Shown here piece after piece: positions 26,205-39,746 of a DNA stretch of 64,000 nt (the stretch's first letter is position 1; every line of letters begins with the position of its first letter). Position numbers and translations under genes: made by a program. Under the pieces are notes generated by a model. That model did not search any database and was not told the origin of the DNA. It saw nothing but the letters and a program-made list of their open reading frames with translations. Source of the DNA: Tubiluchus corallicola (lineage: Eukaryota > Animalia > Priapulida); assembly GCA_030141605.1 (NCBI GenBank), contig JAQGDQ010002372.1, forward strand, positions 744,001 through 808,000. The letters are read 5' to 3'.

Positions 26205-26964
26205 TGTGTTGGGAGCGGAGTAGGACACTAACCGAAGTAGGAAAATTGGTGTACATGGGCTGCCCAAGTAGGACAATAGAGACAGGTCGCGAATTGAGTC
26301 GTTAACCGTACCGGCAGCGTCCGTTGTATTTATTTATTTAATAATAATAATTGAAAACGTTAATACAAGTTGAATAATTTATTATACATCGGACAAAATA
26401 AAATAATCTCGTTCTGAGCTAGTAGGTCGGCCAGTATTGAATTTCGCTTTGATATTAATCTTTTTGAAGTGAAATAAGCCCACTTCTTAGCCGATTCCAA
26501 CATTTGCTTAAGGTATATCATTTTTTATTTTGTCCTGCTTCACAGACAGGTGATCCAAGTACTTCACTACCTCTAGGACAAGTAATTTTTTTATTACTAC
26601 TTCACTACTAAATAAAAGTTTCATTTTTAAACTTGCAATAATTATTGTTGTAATAACTGTGTGCATAGTTTCTCTCTTTAAAGCATTAAATACTTAGTTT
26701 AATGTTATGATGAGCTAATAATAATGATGATATTATTGTAAAAAAATACATTTGTAATTGTCAAGGATTATCCATATAGTCACTATTTTCTATAAAGTCA
26801 CTTTTTTCTAAAACAAATTTAGTTTTGTGTTTTATTATGTCATAATTCTCGATTCCCGACAGAAATGCCAGTGCCCTACTTGGCTGCCCTGTTTTTCCGC
26901 AAATTTAGCACATTTATCGGAAGTGTCCTACTTCGGCTAGTGGTGTACTCCATGCCCCACAGTA
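26205..26964. mobile_element. MITE copy 2, with ~35-bp imperfect TIRs
   Basis: Left GGGAGCGGAGTAGGACACTAACCGAAGTAGGA; reverse complement of the right end GGGGCATGGAGTACACCACTAGCCGAAGTAGGA. Confidence 0.75.
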
Positions 26965-27037
26965 TGCATTATCATTAAAATTAATTATAAATATGATGTA
27001 TGCATTATCATTAAAATTAATTATAAATATGATGTAT
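26962..27037. repeat. 36-bp tandem duplication
   Basis: GTATGCATTATCATTAAAATTAATTATAAATATGAT occurs twice. Confidence 0.85.
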
Positions 27038-28294
27038 ACAGGGCTGGGCCTAGGAGGTGTGGGCATTGCTGGAAATGATTTGGTGCACCCCAGGTTTGCA
27101 ACTAAGGCCTGCAGAGTCGTAAAAATGTACTATTATAGGTTTTGTATTTCTAAGACAGAATGGAAAGTGCAAAATGCGCATTTAATAAAAAGTGCAGTGC
27201 ATGTTAATGGACAAGCATCTACATTTTTATATAATGCCCGACAAGTAACAAACAAAATGTTTAGATCAAAACTGCATAGGTTGTGGACACCTTGTACTCG
27301 AGACTTGCATGGTCTGAATGTAGTAGCATACTTGGTATTTTGCCACTGAGATATGAATGTTTGTAAAGATGCAGTACATGTGATGAATTTCATCACATGT
27401 TACAGTAAAAAAATCTATAGCTTTATAGATATTTAAAAGCCATTGCCATTACATATTATTTGTTTAAATATTTGTCTTAAATATACTAGCTAGCTGTTAA
27501 ATAATCATAGCGACTTTTGCGGATCTGTATGTTCACATTCAATTGATAGCTTATGTTTCTGCACTGTCAGCAGCAAATAGGGAGCTGTCATTAACCTGTA
27601 GGCAGATAACCCTAACTTTTTAAAGATAATTATCAGTATTTGCAAAATTTTGACATATATTAGTTTTCTTACTCAGTTCCAAACTATGTAACTTAGGAAA
27701 AGCTTGTTTATTTTTTTATTGCTTTATTAAATTTGAAGTCTCATTAATCTTTCTTGGAAATGTAGAATTTTAAAATGGCATGTGACCACTTGTCAAATTT
27801 GAAAGTCATATTCCAGGAGATACTAGAAGATAGTGGCTAAGAACCTGGGGAGCACTGCAAGCTTCCTTAGCACTTTTTTTAAATTTGAGGGTATGTTGGA
27901 GACACAATTGGACACTTAGGCAATTGTAAGAAATTAGGAAAAACACATGCTTTTTGTGGTTACTTTTTCCAAGACAGCTGCAAAATATTAAGTTTACTTA
28001 AGTGAAGGCTTGTTGCCTACTTTAATATTTTTTGCCACTAACAAAATTCATTGTTATGGGGATGCACCATATCAGAGTTATTGTATGAAGCCTGATGAAC
28101 TTTAATAATTGTTTGTATTATGCAGAATATCAAAAATATTGTACTTAATTGTTAAAAATTATGTTCATATTATTTTAGTTATTATGTTTATACTTGCACT
28201 ATGTGCACATTTATGAATTTTGTTTGCGTTCTTTGCAAGAATTTTATTTTGTTAGTTTGGGAATACTGTCACTTTTTGTTTGTTTCAGAAAATC

Positions 28295-31200
28295 ATGGGG
28301 AAACATGGTATGAAAGCAAAAGCAAGGAAGCCAAAAAGACTGCACAGAAAAGGTGGGTATAATTACAGTAATTCATTCAGTTTCTTTAGTGCAGCATGAT
28401 TATGGTTTAAACGAAAAACTTCTGATATGACTGTAAACTCATTAAAAAAAGAGAAGATTTAAGAGCTGTAACAGCCTTTAGGCATGGAAAGTTAATCATT
28501 TAGTCATCTGTCATCAGCTAGTCTAAGTCATTAGTCATTTTTATTTGATTTGTCAACCATTTCCAATACAATCCAAGTATAAAAAAGTATTTGTGGGAAA
28601 ATGCAGTTTGTCTTGATTGATGATCTAGTCAGTACTGCATTGTAACATACCCCGACACATCGTCTCCCTTCATTACATTGCATTTCAATACAGTATACTG
28701 CATTTAACTGCACTACACTACTCTACAGTGACTACGCTACACCTCACTATGCTATTCTACGATAAACTGCAGTGCACTACACTACACTACACTACATTCT
28801 TTATGAATATGGCTTAAATGTATATGGTTTTTCATGTGCTTTGGCACACTGTAAGCTGAAATCCAGGATTCAAAAAGTGAATCTACTCAACAATGTGTTT
28901 ATGGCATAACTAGAGCCTAGCTCGCTGTCAAAGATATCCTGTAAATTCTGAGTGACAAACCCAAACCAAGCTAATATCAACACACATTACTTTCATAAAT
29001 GGCAAATGCCTGTCCACTCAACCACGAACCTGGTCATCTAATGTCATTTTGTATGCTACATAGGTTCACAGAGGCCTGATGAAGAAAGCAATGCAAGACA
29101 ACACAAGAAAACAACCAAAAAGTCCAAACAGAAGTTTGGAGTGAATGCATTACTAGAAAAAGTTTGTACTGTTTTAATTTTGAAGTCTTTCTTAATTTGC
29201 AGCCATCCTGTTACTGGCCATCCATGCTTTTTATTCATTTTAATTTTATGCGTGTTTCTGTCAAACGTTTTGAGTGCCCCTGTACATTGTTATAGTGGGC
29301 ACCTTTACAGAAATGGTCAATTTTTTTAAGAGCGAAATGCATTTATTAGTCTTTCAACTGCTTGCAAAAAGGTACCATAGCTACACATTCTGGTGCAATA
29401 AACAAGTATTTGACTGCACAAATGCACGTGCGAGTTTAGCTATAAGCTGTAGATGACTGAAGCATAATGTCTCTAAGCCTGAATATACCTCTACGGAGAA
29501 GAGTGGTCTCCAAAAAATATACGTTTTGATAAGAAGTGCTAGTTCACTGAGGTGCTTCTAGTAGCAAGTCAGTGAAGTCACTTAATTATTATTAGTTCAG
29601 TAAATCTCAGTTTTCTCCTAGAGCACGAGAACTAATTTTGTCTTTTCTCTTGGATGTAATGTATTAATAAAAGACGACCTTAAAAATACTTAGCAGCAAA
29701 TTTCTATTTGGTAATTAGTTGGTAAAGTAGTAAATTTTGTTGCTTTACCTTTATCAATCCATATAGTTCATGTAAGTGTAAATAACATTGTTTATTAGTT
29801 TCAATTTCTAAAATTCATTTTCAATTTATGGTTCAAACAAAATTTTGAGATGTCTTCTGATTATTTTATTTTAGGCACGTGAATGTCTCGACAGATTTGA
29901 CATTGAAGTGGCACAGAAATTTTGTCATAGAGCTTTGGAAATAGAACCTGACAATTTAAAAGTATTGGAAACTACATCAAGCCTTCTTTTAGAAACTGGA
30001 GATGTGGATGCCGCATTACAGGTAAAAGTGCTGTAATTAGCAAGACTTAGATTTATAAATTCTACAGCTTTGATGGATTAGACATTGTTGCATCAGAGAT
30101 CACACATTTTGCTTTAATAAATAACTATAGTGTTGTAATACAGTGATCACTGTAGTGTATTCTCTTGCCAGACAAATTGCTTTTTGTGCTCATAATTATT
30201 GAATGTGGCCTTCCAATTGTTAGTACACTCATTCTTATCGTGTATTGTGCATAAAACTAGTCTACTACGTGCAGATACTTGGAATATACTTCACCAATTG
30301 TTTTTTAATACAGGTCTCCCAAATAAGGCACTGATTAGTAATGAGAGAGGTGTTTTGATTTTATTATAGCATGAATACGGACAAATGTTTTTTTTGTTTG
30401 CACACTGAATTGTCACCAAATGCCTTTGCAATTAATCACGACTTTTTCAGAAAGAAACAATCTTGCTTTACTTGCAGTTTTTGAATATGCTTCTACAATC
30501 AGTGAAAAACATTTTCTAAAAGTACATTTGTGCCATTTTTAACAATATCTTTAACTTGTAAACTAGCTGATTGTGCTGTTTCCTTTACATAAAATTACCT
30601 TGTTCTTCTCATTAGTATTTAAATCGGGCAGTCAGTCTCTCACCCGATGAAGGCCATACAAAGTTTCTGTGTCTTGGGCAAGTTCTTAAAGGACAGGAAG
30701 CTGTTAAGTGCTATCAAAAAGCCATTGATATCATGTTGTCTGAGAGGTCAGCTGATTCTGAAAATAAGGTATGGTACCTATTCTTAGCAGCAGTATTTGG
30801 GCACTCATCAGGCTAGTAACTTAGTAACTTAGCTTAGATCTGTGTCTTCAGAACTTCAGAATCAACTCTGTGTCTCTAGGTTGCAGTAAAGCAGACTACA
30901 GAGTTATTTTTTAGTTGCCCACTTGAGTAGTTATTATTTACTTTGATTACATGTCATTGTTGTACATGTGTCTTAATTTTGAAATTGTTTTGTTTCCTTT
31001 TGCTTTTATTTGATATAAATTGCATTAATTTTGTATTTTTAATAGTTGCCATATGATTTGTTTTCTCCACTCTTATTCTCATTTTTCTAACAGCAATGTC
31101 TGCCTGCCCTGTATTTTTTTAAGTAGAGATATGACCTTTGAAATTGTTATACGTTGTTATGACGTGATTTTCTTATAAAGGCAAATAAACATTTCTGATT

Positions 31201-34200
31201 TTTTACTCATAGACAATATTTCGCTCATAAGCCTCTTGCTAAATCATCTTGTGATTGTGATTGCCACTGCACTGAATCAAAAATGAGAAATCTAGTGGAC
31301 TATTTGTGAAAGTCGTATAACAGCACAGGAAAGAGTGACAAAGCACTATTACTGTTAAGTAGCACTTGGGTAGTAAATAAATAGCTTTGTTTGGGTTTAT
31401 ATCATTTTTTAATTTAGCTATTTAAACACTACTTTTTCCAGACAGAAGCAGATGGTGCAATTGGCGTTGAGGATGTCTCCAGTTTCCCATCGTTAACTGA
31501 AATCTCTTCTGCATATTGTTCTGTTGCAGAAATATACATGACTGATTGTTGGTGAGCAAAATTTCTTTTGCCTTGGGGTCTTTACTTACAGATCTGATGA
31601 AGGAAGTATAACTCAAAATTGGTGTGATTATAAACATTACCCTCCTGTAAAGCCTGTAATTCAATAATATAGGTTTCCTGTTTTTTTTGTAAAAAATGGC
31701 AAAAACCAAAATCCTATTCATTAGATATTGAAACATGGGATTTTTAAATACTAGTTCTAGTTGTCTGCCAAATTTTAGCTAACTACATTTTTGCAAATGG
31801 TGTTGCTGAGCTGTATGATTATAATTTGAATAGAAAGAGCATTTGCACAACTTTGGTCTTATGAGTTTATGTATGTAACTTAGGAAAGTTGAAATTTTAT
31901 GGAATACGAAATATTGTTTGTTTGCCCATTTTATCCAGTCACCTTTTGAAGTTCATATTATGTCTTATCTTATCATTCTTGAAGGCTTCAATATCTGATT
32001 TACAGTTTTGAAGAAAATGCAGAGCATCTTTGTAAAGGTTATATAGAAAAAGCCATAGAAACTGATCCAGGCAATCCAGAAGCTCATCATTTAAAAGCAA
32101 GCTTTCTTACTACTATAGGTAACCGTGAGGTAATATTTTTTAAACTTCATTATGAGACAAAAGTATAACATTTTGCTCTATTGATTTAGTTTTCACTATA
32201 CACTACCTTAGTAATGAATAATGAACTGAGTAAAAAAATGCAAAAAGTCTGAATAAGAAAATTAGTCTTACATGTCGACGACATTATCACTTTTAATAAT
32301 TGTCATACTTTGCTATTTACTGTCATGTAAATATTATGTTTATTGATATTATCCTTACTTATTTATCTGCTGTTTTCCTGCTGTCAAACTGGTTAAAACA
32401 CTAAAAAATGAACAAAAAGACCCAAAGACATTTTTCTTGCAATGGATTATTCGATTCCAAATAACACTAATATGTTAAAATTCAGTTTGTGCAGTTTGTT
32501 ATGCTTTGAGGAATGCAGTTTTAACATCTTACTTCCATGTTAAGAAAAAACAGTGTGTTGTTTTTACGTACAAGAAGTTGATGTTTGAATACTTTTAGCA
32601 ACATTTCTTTTCTAACTTCCCAGATAGAGGTTATTTTTGCTTCAGTATTTAATGGATTACACAACAATAATTACCGAATCTCACAATTTACTTTTTTGGA
32701 GATTTATTGCTTGAAGAGAAATATATGAGCTTCTAATGTGTGTTTTTTACAGGAAGCCAAAGAATCTGCCGAGAAGGGTTTATCTCTCTGGCTTCCAAAC
32801 CTCCAAGCTGTTCAGCAAGGGCATCTTGAAAGTGACTCCAAAGTCGACCTTGTTGAGGTATCAACTTTTGTTGACATTATTGGTCGTATTGTGGTATACA
32901 CATTGACACCAGTGATGTAGTCAAGTCTTTCGGTACCAGTCCAAGTTGAGTTTCAAGTCCTTGGGGCTCAAGTCCAAGTCAAGTCTCAAATCACTGTGAC
33001 CAGCATTCAACTCAAGTCTTGAGTCTTATTGCCCAAGTTATTGTGTCTGTGTCTGAGCTGGGTCCTAGGTTATGTTCATGTTGTCATGTACATCTTTAAA
33101 TAGAGTTTCAAGATAAAATATTCTAAGGTTTAATCAATTTTCAAACTCCTGATTAATAATAATAAATTGTTATTTTTGGTGTTATTTTGCTTATTACTGC
33201 ACTAAATTTATTGAGTAATATTGATTATTGAATTTTGCTTACAAATGGTTTTACATTTTAATAGCAATTTTGCAGTGGTGTTATAGTGAGTATTTATAAC
33301 ATAAAAATTATATTATAATCAGTAGTACTAATTACAATGTACAGGCAGTTAGTCAAGTTTCTTATTACATTTAAGAAACACTATGTCAATTAGGTTCTTA
33401 TCTGACAAGCTTAGCTCTGTGGTCTTACTAACAAGCCACTCTGACTGAAGACTCGCACATGTAACAGATATCCTAGTAGCTGGGTATCTATACACTGATT
33501 AGCCAGTTTAAAAAGCCTGGCACTAAAAAAACTGACGTAATGTTTCTGATGTTGTGTCAAGTGTACATTTAATGTTGTAATAACAGGAAAGTTTTTAACT
33601 GAGCGTAGATGTGACCACAACGGTGACCCTAGAGAGTTCAAGAACTCCACTTAGGTATAAAATATAAACATGACAATAGGCAACAAACACTGTTCGAGTG
33701 CCAGAATTGAAATGCTTTGTTAAAGGAAGACAGGATGATTTTTCATATACTACCACATTTTCAAGTCCGATAAAAAATATACATTTTAACACAATTAGTG
33801 CTGCAAAAGCATTTCTGTTAATTAAATAATAGATTAAAAACTTAGTTAATGGCGTGCGAGCACAACTATTGATGACATCACAAACTAACATCATTTTCAA
33901 CAGCAAAAAATATTCCACGAGCACGTTGCACGTGTTTGCAAAAGCGAAAACTGAGGCACAGTACTCCACTCAGTTAAAATCTCTTCGAACAATGTAACTA
34001 CAAGTAAAGGCTTTGTACCTTGTCCTATTTGAGGCTCCCTAGACTACCAATTTGTTAACCTCGGTGATTTAACACTTTTTCAGCAAAAAATTTGGCCCTT
34101 TAATAAAAAAGTAACTCGTTATCCTAATAAAAAACAATTTGTTAAAACTAAATAGGTTTAAAAATGTTTGATTACTTAAAAATTATAAATTTTTATTGTT

Positions 34201-35451
34201 TGATGTATAATTTTTAGCAGCTGCAGCATGATCTTTGCTGGAAATTTTATGAAAATTATGAAGTGTTAAAGCATTTGGTAAACAGTAGGCCGGGGCTAAG
34301 AAGTGCAGGGCCAAATTAGAAAATTATTAGTGGAGCTGTTTGCCCCACTAATGATGCAGAACAATATAAACAGTTTGGACATATTTAACAAAACAAACTA
34401 TATTCCAAGCGTTATGTTATATAACCTCATTAACAGCACTGTTTATGTTTTGAGTGTTTGAATATCATCATCAAATTAGCAAAATTAAAATCCAATGACA
34501 ATCTAACTAATGCATATAGGGTTTTTACCATTTACTTTTTTAAAAGGTAAATTGCAAGAATAAACTGAAATTATAAAACAAATGAACAAACAATCAGCAA
34601 AAAACATTGTAATATAGGTGATATGTGAGGAAAGACTGAATAGTTTCACTCCTTCACAGTATCAAGAAACTTCATGCACATTGGACACTCATTAATTCAT
34701 CATAGCATCCTCCACTCGGGCGTGTGCACAGGGCCCCCTTTTGGCGCAGAGCCCATTTTGAACAAATGTGTCTATTTGACTTAAAACCAGTCTTGATAAA
34801 CAGTTATTCAAAGTGGTTACTTCTAATAAAAAAGATTATTGCTAACGTGAATGGATCTAACAAATGCATTTTAGTTTTACACAACCTTGTTTAGTGACTG
34901 CAGAACTTCAATGAATCTGAAAGTTTTAATCACATGTTATGTTATTGCCATCTCTTATAGAAAACTATTGCTTTAATGCCATTTTGATAAAACTACTGTA
35001 ATAAAATTTGTTAATATTTAGGTTTGTTCACTCAGCATTCAGAGCAGGATAGCAATATCTCAGCTACTCATTGAACTAGAAGAATATGATGTAAGTTTTT
35101 TCTGAAATGCTTTTATCTACATGCCTAATTATGATATAAGTAAAACAAAGTTTTCTTTATTGTAAATAAAAACAATGTAATTAACTAAGCTTTTTAATTT
35201 CAGAAAGCAAATGAAGTCTTAGATCTTCTTGTTGATGAAGATGATGAAATTGCAATCGTAAGTTTTGATTTTAATTTTCTTGTTCGTAGATTGGACCAGT
35301 TACTTTTGTTTGTCATTTAGATTATCACAACTTTTTAAAAGAAATATGCATTTTTTCTGTGCAGGTTTGGTATTTACTGGGTTGGCTGAATTACTTGAAA
35401 GGTTCTGACTATTATGGAAATGCAAAATTTTATTTAAATAAGGCAAAAAAG
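28295..35451 (+). CDS. TPR-repeat protein, Acl4-like (probable assembly chaperone of ribosomal protein L4); 10 exons, 335 aa, last exon unresolved
   Basis: Exons: 28295-28352, 29064-29161, 29875-30021, 30616-30768, 31442-31551, 32006-32129, 32753-32857, 35022-35090, 35204-35257, 35365-35451, all GT-AG and in frame. Motifs: AQKFCHRALEIEPDN, SPDEGHTKFLCLGQ, SSAYCSVAEIYMTDCCFEENAE, DPGNPEA, LLIELEEY, LVDEDDE..VWYLLGW, plus a basic N-terminus. No stop before the donor at 35452. Confidence 0.88.
28665..28800. repeat. Degenerate pentamer microsatellite (CTACA-like)
   Basis: CATTA/CATTG/CTACA/CACTA units, purest at 28775-28796. Confidence 0.7.
32909..33070 (+). mobile_element. hAT-like MITE left end
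   Basis: CAGTGATGTAGTCAAGTC followed by many (C/G)AAGTC subterminal hexamers. Confidence 0.45.
34285..34796. mobile_element. Possible hAT-like MITE
   Basis: GC-rich ends AGGCCGGGGCTAAG...GGGCC and GGGCCCCC...CTTAAAACCAGTCTTG around an AT-rich core. Confidence 0.35.
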
Positions 35452-37151
35452 GTAAGTAACACATTGTTAATGTTATGCTGGCACATTACATAGTGTAGCA
35501 TGTAAATTTTATGCTGGCAGATTACATAGTGTAGCAATCATAGCAGTTATATAAGAGCATGCAATGTTATATAACTGCATAAACTAGTGATCTTGAAACT
35601 TTGAAACTGGTCCAAATGTCAGTGGAAATGTCAGCAAAATATTGTAAAAATTTTTTAACAACTTTATCATTTGCCTCCACCTTTTACTGGTATACCTATG
35701 TGTGTCATGTAATTTGTTGGAAATATGAAAAGCCATGGTTTTACTTTTTTGGTTTATTCCCTAATGTATGGAAAAATTGAGTAGTCTGCCAGCAAAAATG
35801 GGATGATAATAACAATTTTTGCTGGACAGTAAAGGTTGTAAAACAGTTGGTTTGGTGTCAGCATACTTACCAGTCACTCTTCATGATCAGATTTTTAATA
35901 TCAGTATATCATTTTCCTAAAATTAATGTGCACAGCTAGGAGTCACTCAACATTGGAAACAGTTTGAGAAACTTACAGCATGTTTTATCTTTTCTTTGTA
36001 CATTATTGTGGGCATTTTCTTTGAAATTTGTGTGATTTCATTATCAAAACTATGATTTTAACTGTCAAATTTTTCTTAAACTGTTGTTGACCTTTGGCAC
36101 AAGGTGATTTGCAGGCAAAACTACAGACAAATGTGTTACAAAGAAACATCTCCTCATTTTTTCAACTTCATTTATGTACAAGATAACAGTCAGAAATAAA
36201 AGGATCATTCAAAATAGGTGACATGTGAAAAGCTGTTTACAAACATTTTTAACAGACAATTTGTAACAGATGCATTATGGGATTCCCCACTATTCAGTTA
36301 GCTCATGTCGAGTAAAAATAAATAACTACATGCATGCAATACTTTGCATGTCCTGACTTTCTAGCTTATTCATATATATTTTAGTAAAGTTAAAGGAAGT
36401 TACTTGAAAATGATACATTGTGAAGCGTCACAGCCTGCTAATGCCCTATATGAGTGGCTCATTTAGAATAAGTAAGGTGCCATTTCTGTAGAAAAATGGA
36501 AACATAGTCCCACAAATGGGAAAAATTGAGCAGTATAATAATGCAAGGCAGTTATCATTATGCAAGACAACTGTCATATTCATATGACTATATGCTTTGC
36601 TGAAACAAACATTGTAAAATAGACAATTAAATAATTTTAGCTTGTGAAGATCATCAACTGCCTTAACATTGTTTGACCAATGTTAGCAAAAATGGTAGTA
36701 TTAAAAACTCATATACAGCAACAAGTAAAAGCATTGCCATATTGGCTACATACCTCGTTAGGATCATGCTTGTTTTATTAGGCCACAAGTCGATAAACAT
36801 TTATATGTTCATTTACAAGTACATTAAATGCACTTGAGTGGTTCACTTTAAACCTCAAATGTAACACCAGTTCATGTTCTTGTCTACTGTGTTACCTGTC
36901 AATTATTTTGCCCATTATGGTATCTGTTATGGAAGTTTTAAAAGACTCCACATCTTATCTATTATTATAAGAAATTTTTGAACATTCATTGCTTCATAAG
37001 CGTGATAACACTTTCTGCACCACATTACCTGTCTATAAAATAACAGAACACTACTCACAATACAACAGTATTATTTACAAACAAATTTACACTTTGTCTT
37101 TTATAAAAAGACACTAACTTCACAATAATACCAAACAGTCTAAATGCAGCA

Positions 37152-39746
37152 TTATACCGAGGTGACAATTGCTGTTGTTTCCGAGTTATCTAAGTGCTTC
37201 TTTGTTTCACTAGAGTGGATGGGTGGTGGTGGTGGGGGAGGAACAACAGACATAAAATCTCTTTCTTTTTTACTAACTGTCCTGCTTTTTAGCACGCACA
37301 CATAAGCACACAGAATGATTACTAAAACGGCACACATTCCCAATGAACTTGCTAGTATTATGATGATTAAGAAATGCTCATTTTCTATTCCTGTGCACAC
37401 AGAAGCACTGTGATCACTGTTCTTTTTATCACTATTGGGAGTGTCTGTTTCAAAATGCTTGTTGTCATAGAAACCATTGTTCATTGAACTAGTGCACACA
37501 AATGACGACGGCTGTAAGCACATAATACACTTATTCATTAAATATGGCGGTCCATAACACGTGATACTGTTTAGTTCATCTATATCAGCAAGGCTGCTGC
37601 GCGATTTATTTTTCCACAACTCTAACCATTCACGCAACCATTTTATTTGACAGTCACAAATCCAAGGGTTCTTATTTATCCTTAAAGTCTTGATGCCAAG
37701 TGCATGTGTTTTTGTCAGCACATCTGTGTCCATGCGCATAATCCGATTATGGCTGAGATCTAACCAGCTCAACATCTGCAGTTTTTTAAACAGCTGACCT
37801 TTAATAGTAGAAATATTGTTATAGCCAAGATCGAGCTGTTGTAATGTTGGAATGTCATTAAATGCACTGTCTGCTATATCTGTTATTGTGTTATTTGCTA
37901 GCGATAAATGTCTGAAAGACTTCATGATCTGAAAACTACCATTTTCAATAACTTTTATCTGGTTGTGACTGATATTTATCACAATAACTTCGCTCAAGTT
38001 ATAAAAACTATTCACTTGTATGTCGCTAATGTTGTTGTGAGATAAATCAAGGCTCTGTAAACTAGATAAATTCGAAAAAGTCCATGCTTGAATCTTTTCT
38101 ATGCGGTTGAAAGATAAATTAATAGCTGTTATAGAACTAGTAAATGGTCCACCTTGAAATGCCATTGGGTCAACAGTGCTGATATTGTTTCCTTCGAGGT
38201 GAATGTTCAGCAAACTCTTCATATTACAGAAAGAGTTATCTGGCAATCGGTATACGTTGTTGTTTTCCATCTGAAGGCTTTGCAAAGCGGTCATATTTAT
38301 AAAAGCTTCTTTTGGGAAAATACTAATGTGATTATTTCTAAGTACAAGGTGCTGAAGACTCTTTTCAACCCCAAGGAAGGCTTTTGAGCTGATGTGATCG
38401 ATTTTATTATTGCCTAAAGTGAGTATCCTTAGTGAACGGAGAGTAAAAAATGATTCGTCTGGTATCCATCGTATCTGATTATCTTGTAGAGATAAGCTCC
38501 ATAAATTAGTAAATCCATAGAGTGCTGATACTGGAATTTCTGTCAGCAAGTTTCCTTCCAAGTTAAGCGTTCCTGGGTTTTCTTTAAATTCCTCTAAGCT
38601 ATTGGGTGGAATGTTGATATTTTGTATTTCATTGTTACCTAAATTAAGCACATGCAGTGATCTTAAGTTAGCTATTACTGTATACGGAAATTGACTAATA
38701 CGGTTACGTGAGAGATGTAGATAGACGAGGCTGTCTTCCAGCCCATTTAGTGCCCCATCAGATATGTTACTGATTTCATTAGCATCCAAGTTTAGGTTCA
38801 TTAGATTGGGAAGATTGCGAAAACTGTCATTAGGTATGGATGTTATTTCGTTCGCCCCCAGTACTAAATACTGCAGTTGGTACATATTGAGTGCTTCTTT
38901 TGGTATCTCTTTTAACTTGTTACTGTGCAGATATAGCAATGTAACATTATCTAGACCGGAAAAGCCATGCTCTTCTATTGTGGTTACCTGATTATAAGCA
39001 ATGTTGAGATGCTCTAATTCAATGAGGCTGCTAAATGCTTGGTTTTGGATGGTTGTAATGTAATTATGAGATAACTTGAGTATAGCAAGTCTGTCTAAAT
39101 GGCAAAATGCATTCGAAGTGATGTTCATTAGGTTATTGTTCCGTAAATCTAACTCTTGCAGTGCATCTAACCCTTTAAAGGCATTGTGAGCTATGCTGTT
39201 TATGGAATTTGAATTTAATTTGAGCTGTGTCATTGACGGCAAAGAACTAAATGCATAATTGTGGAGCTTCGTGATCATGTTGTAACCAAGGTCTAGTTTT
39301 TTCAGATTGTGCAAACCTTCGAATACTGCAGATGGAACTTGCGCCATGTTGTTTTCTTTCAGTATCAGCTCTAATAAATAGTCTCTAGATTCTAAAAATG
39401 CTTCTGCTGCAATCGTTTCCAAGTTGTTATTTACAATGTGAAGCTCCTTTATTTTGAGGTGGGAAAGTGTTGGCTGAGGAATAGTGCTGATTTGATTGTA
39501 CTCTATCACTAGTTTGGTGATGAAATTATCTTTGTTTACACTTTGCAGTGCTTCGTCGATGCTTTCCAAATTGCTGTTTTCACAGTGGATGTTAAGTGGA
39601 TTGGTGCTGGTGCACCAACAAACACTCGTCTTCCTTGTCTCCAGAGGACACAGTTGTGTAGATACCTGGTTTATTAAAGAACAACCAACGTATGCATGAA
39701 GAAGTTGATAAAACAGCCATAGCAATTTTTCCTGCTTCCCAGCCAT
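37152..39746 (-). CDS. Type I transmembrane leucine-rich-repeat protein (LRRNT, ~25 LRR, LRRCT, TM, short tail), 864 aa, single coding exon
   Basis: Uninterrupted ORF. The likely start is MAGKQ (ATG at 39746), 3 nt after acceptor TTTTTGCAG. Signal peptide; CP...CWC...C LRRNT; ~25 LxxLxLxxNxI repeats; NPWICDCQIKWL...CYGP LRRCT; TM FLIIIILASSLGMCAVLVIILCAYVCVL; tail with P7 and C-terminal TSV. No TIR or Ig domain. Confidence 0.95.
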   Translation of the reverse strand: MAGKQEKLLWLFYQLLHAYVGCSLINQVSTQLCPLETRKTSVCWCTSTNPLNIHCENSNLESIDEALQSVNKDNFITKLVIEYNQISTIPQPTLSHLKIKELHIVNNNLETIAAEAFLESRDYLLELILKENNMAQVPSAVFEGLHNLKKLDLGYNMITKLHNYAFSSLPSMTQLKLNSNSINSIAHNAFKGLDALQELDLRNNNLMNITSNAFCHLDRLAILKLSHNYITTIQNQAFSSLIELEHLNIAYNQVTTIEEHGFSGLDNVTLLYLHSNKLKEIPKEALNMYQLQYLVLGANEITSIPNDSFRNLPNLMNLNLDANEISNISDGALNGLEDSLVYLHLSRNRISQFPYTVIANLRSLHVLNLGNNEIQNINIPPNSLEEFKENPGTLNLEGNLLTEIPVSALYGFTNLWSLSLQDNQIRWIPDESFFTLRSLRILTLGNNKIDHISSKAFLGVEKSLQHLVLRNNHISIFPKEAFINMTALQSLQMENNNVYRLPDNSFCNMKSLLNIHLEGNNISTVDPMAFQGGPFTSSITAINLSFNRIEKIQAWTFSNLSSLQSLDLSHNNISDIQVNSFYNLSEVIVINISHNQIKVIENGSFQIMKSFRHLSLANNTITDIADSAFNDIPTLQQLDLGYNNISTIKGQLFKKLQMLSWLDLSHNRIMRMDTDVLTKTHALGIKTLRINKNPWICDCQIKWLREWLELWKNKSRSSLADIDELNSITCYGPPYLMNKCIMCLQPSSFVCTSSMNNGFYDNKHFETDTPNSDKKNSDHSASVCTGIENEHFLIIIILASSLGMCAVLVIILCAYVCVLKSRTVSKKERDFMSVVPPPPPPPIHSSETKKHLDNSETTAIVTSV

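Noticed and set aside
26000-36000. Intronic C/D snoRNAs in the ribosome-biogenesis gene
   Set aside because: Isolated TGATGA boxes (~26709, ~28093, ~31595) lack a convincing D box, terminal stem or recognisable rRNA guide; a covariance-model search is needed.
36115-36200. In-frame candidate terminal exon of the TPR gene (AKLQTNVLQ...CTR*) with AATAAA
   Set aside because: Weak pyrimidine tract and no resemblance to the expected acidic C-terminus. Left out of the gene model but not excluded.
38154-39699. Short plus-strand ORFs over the LRR gene
   Set aside because: Antisense shadows of a real coding sequence.
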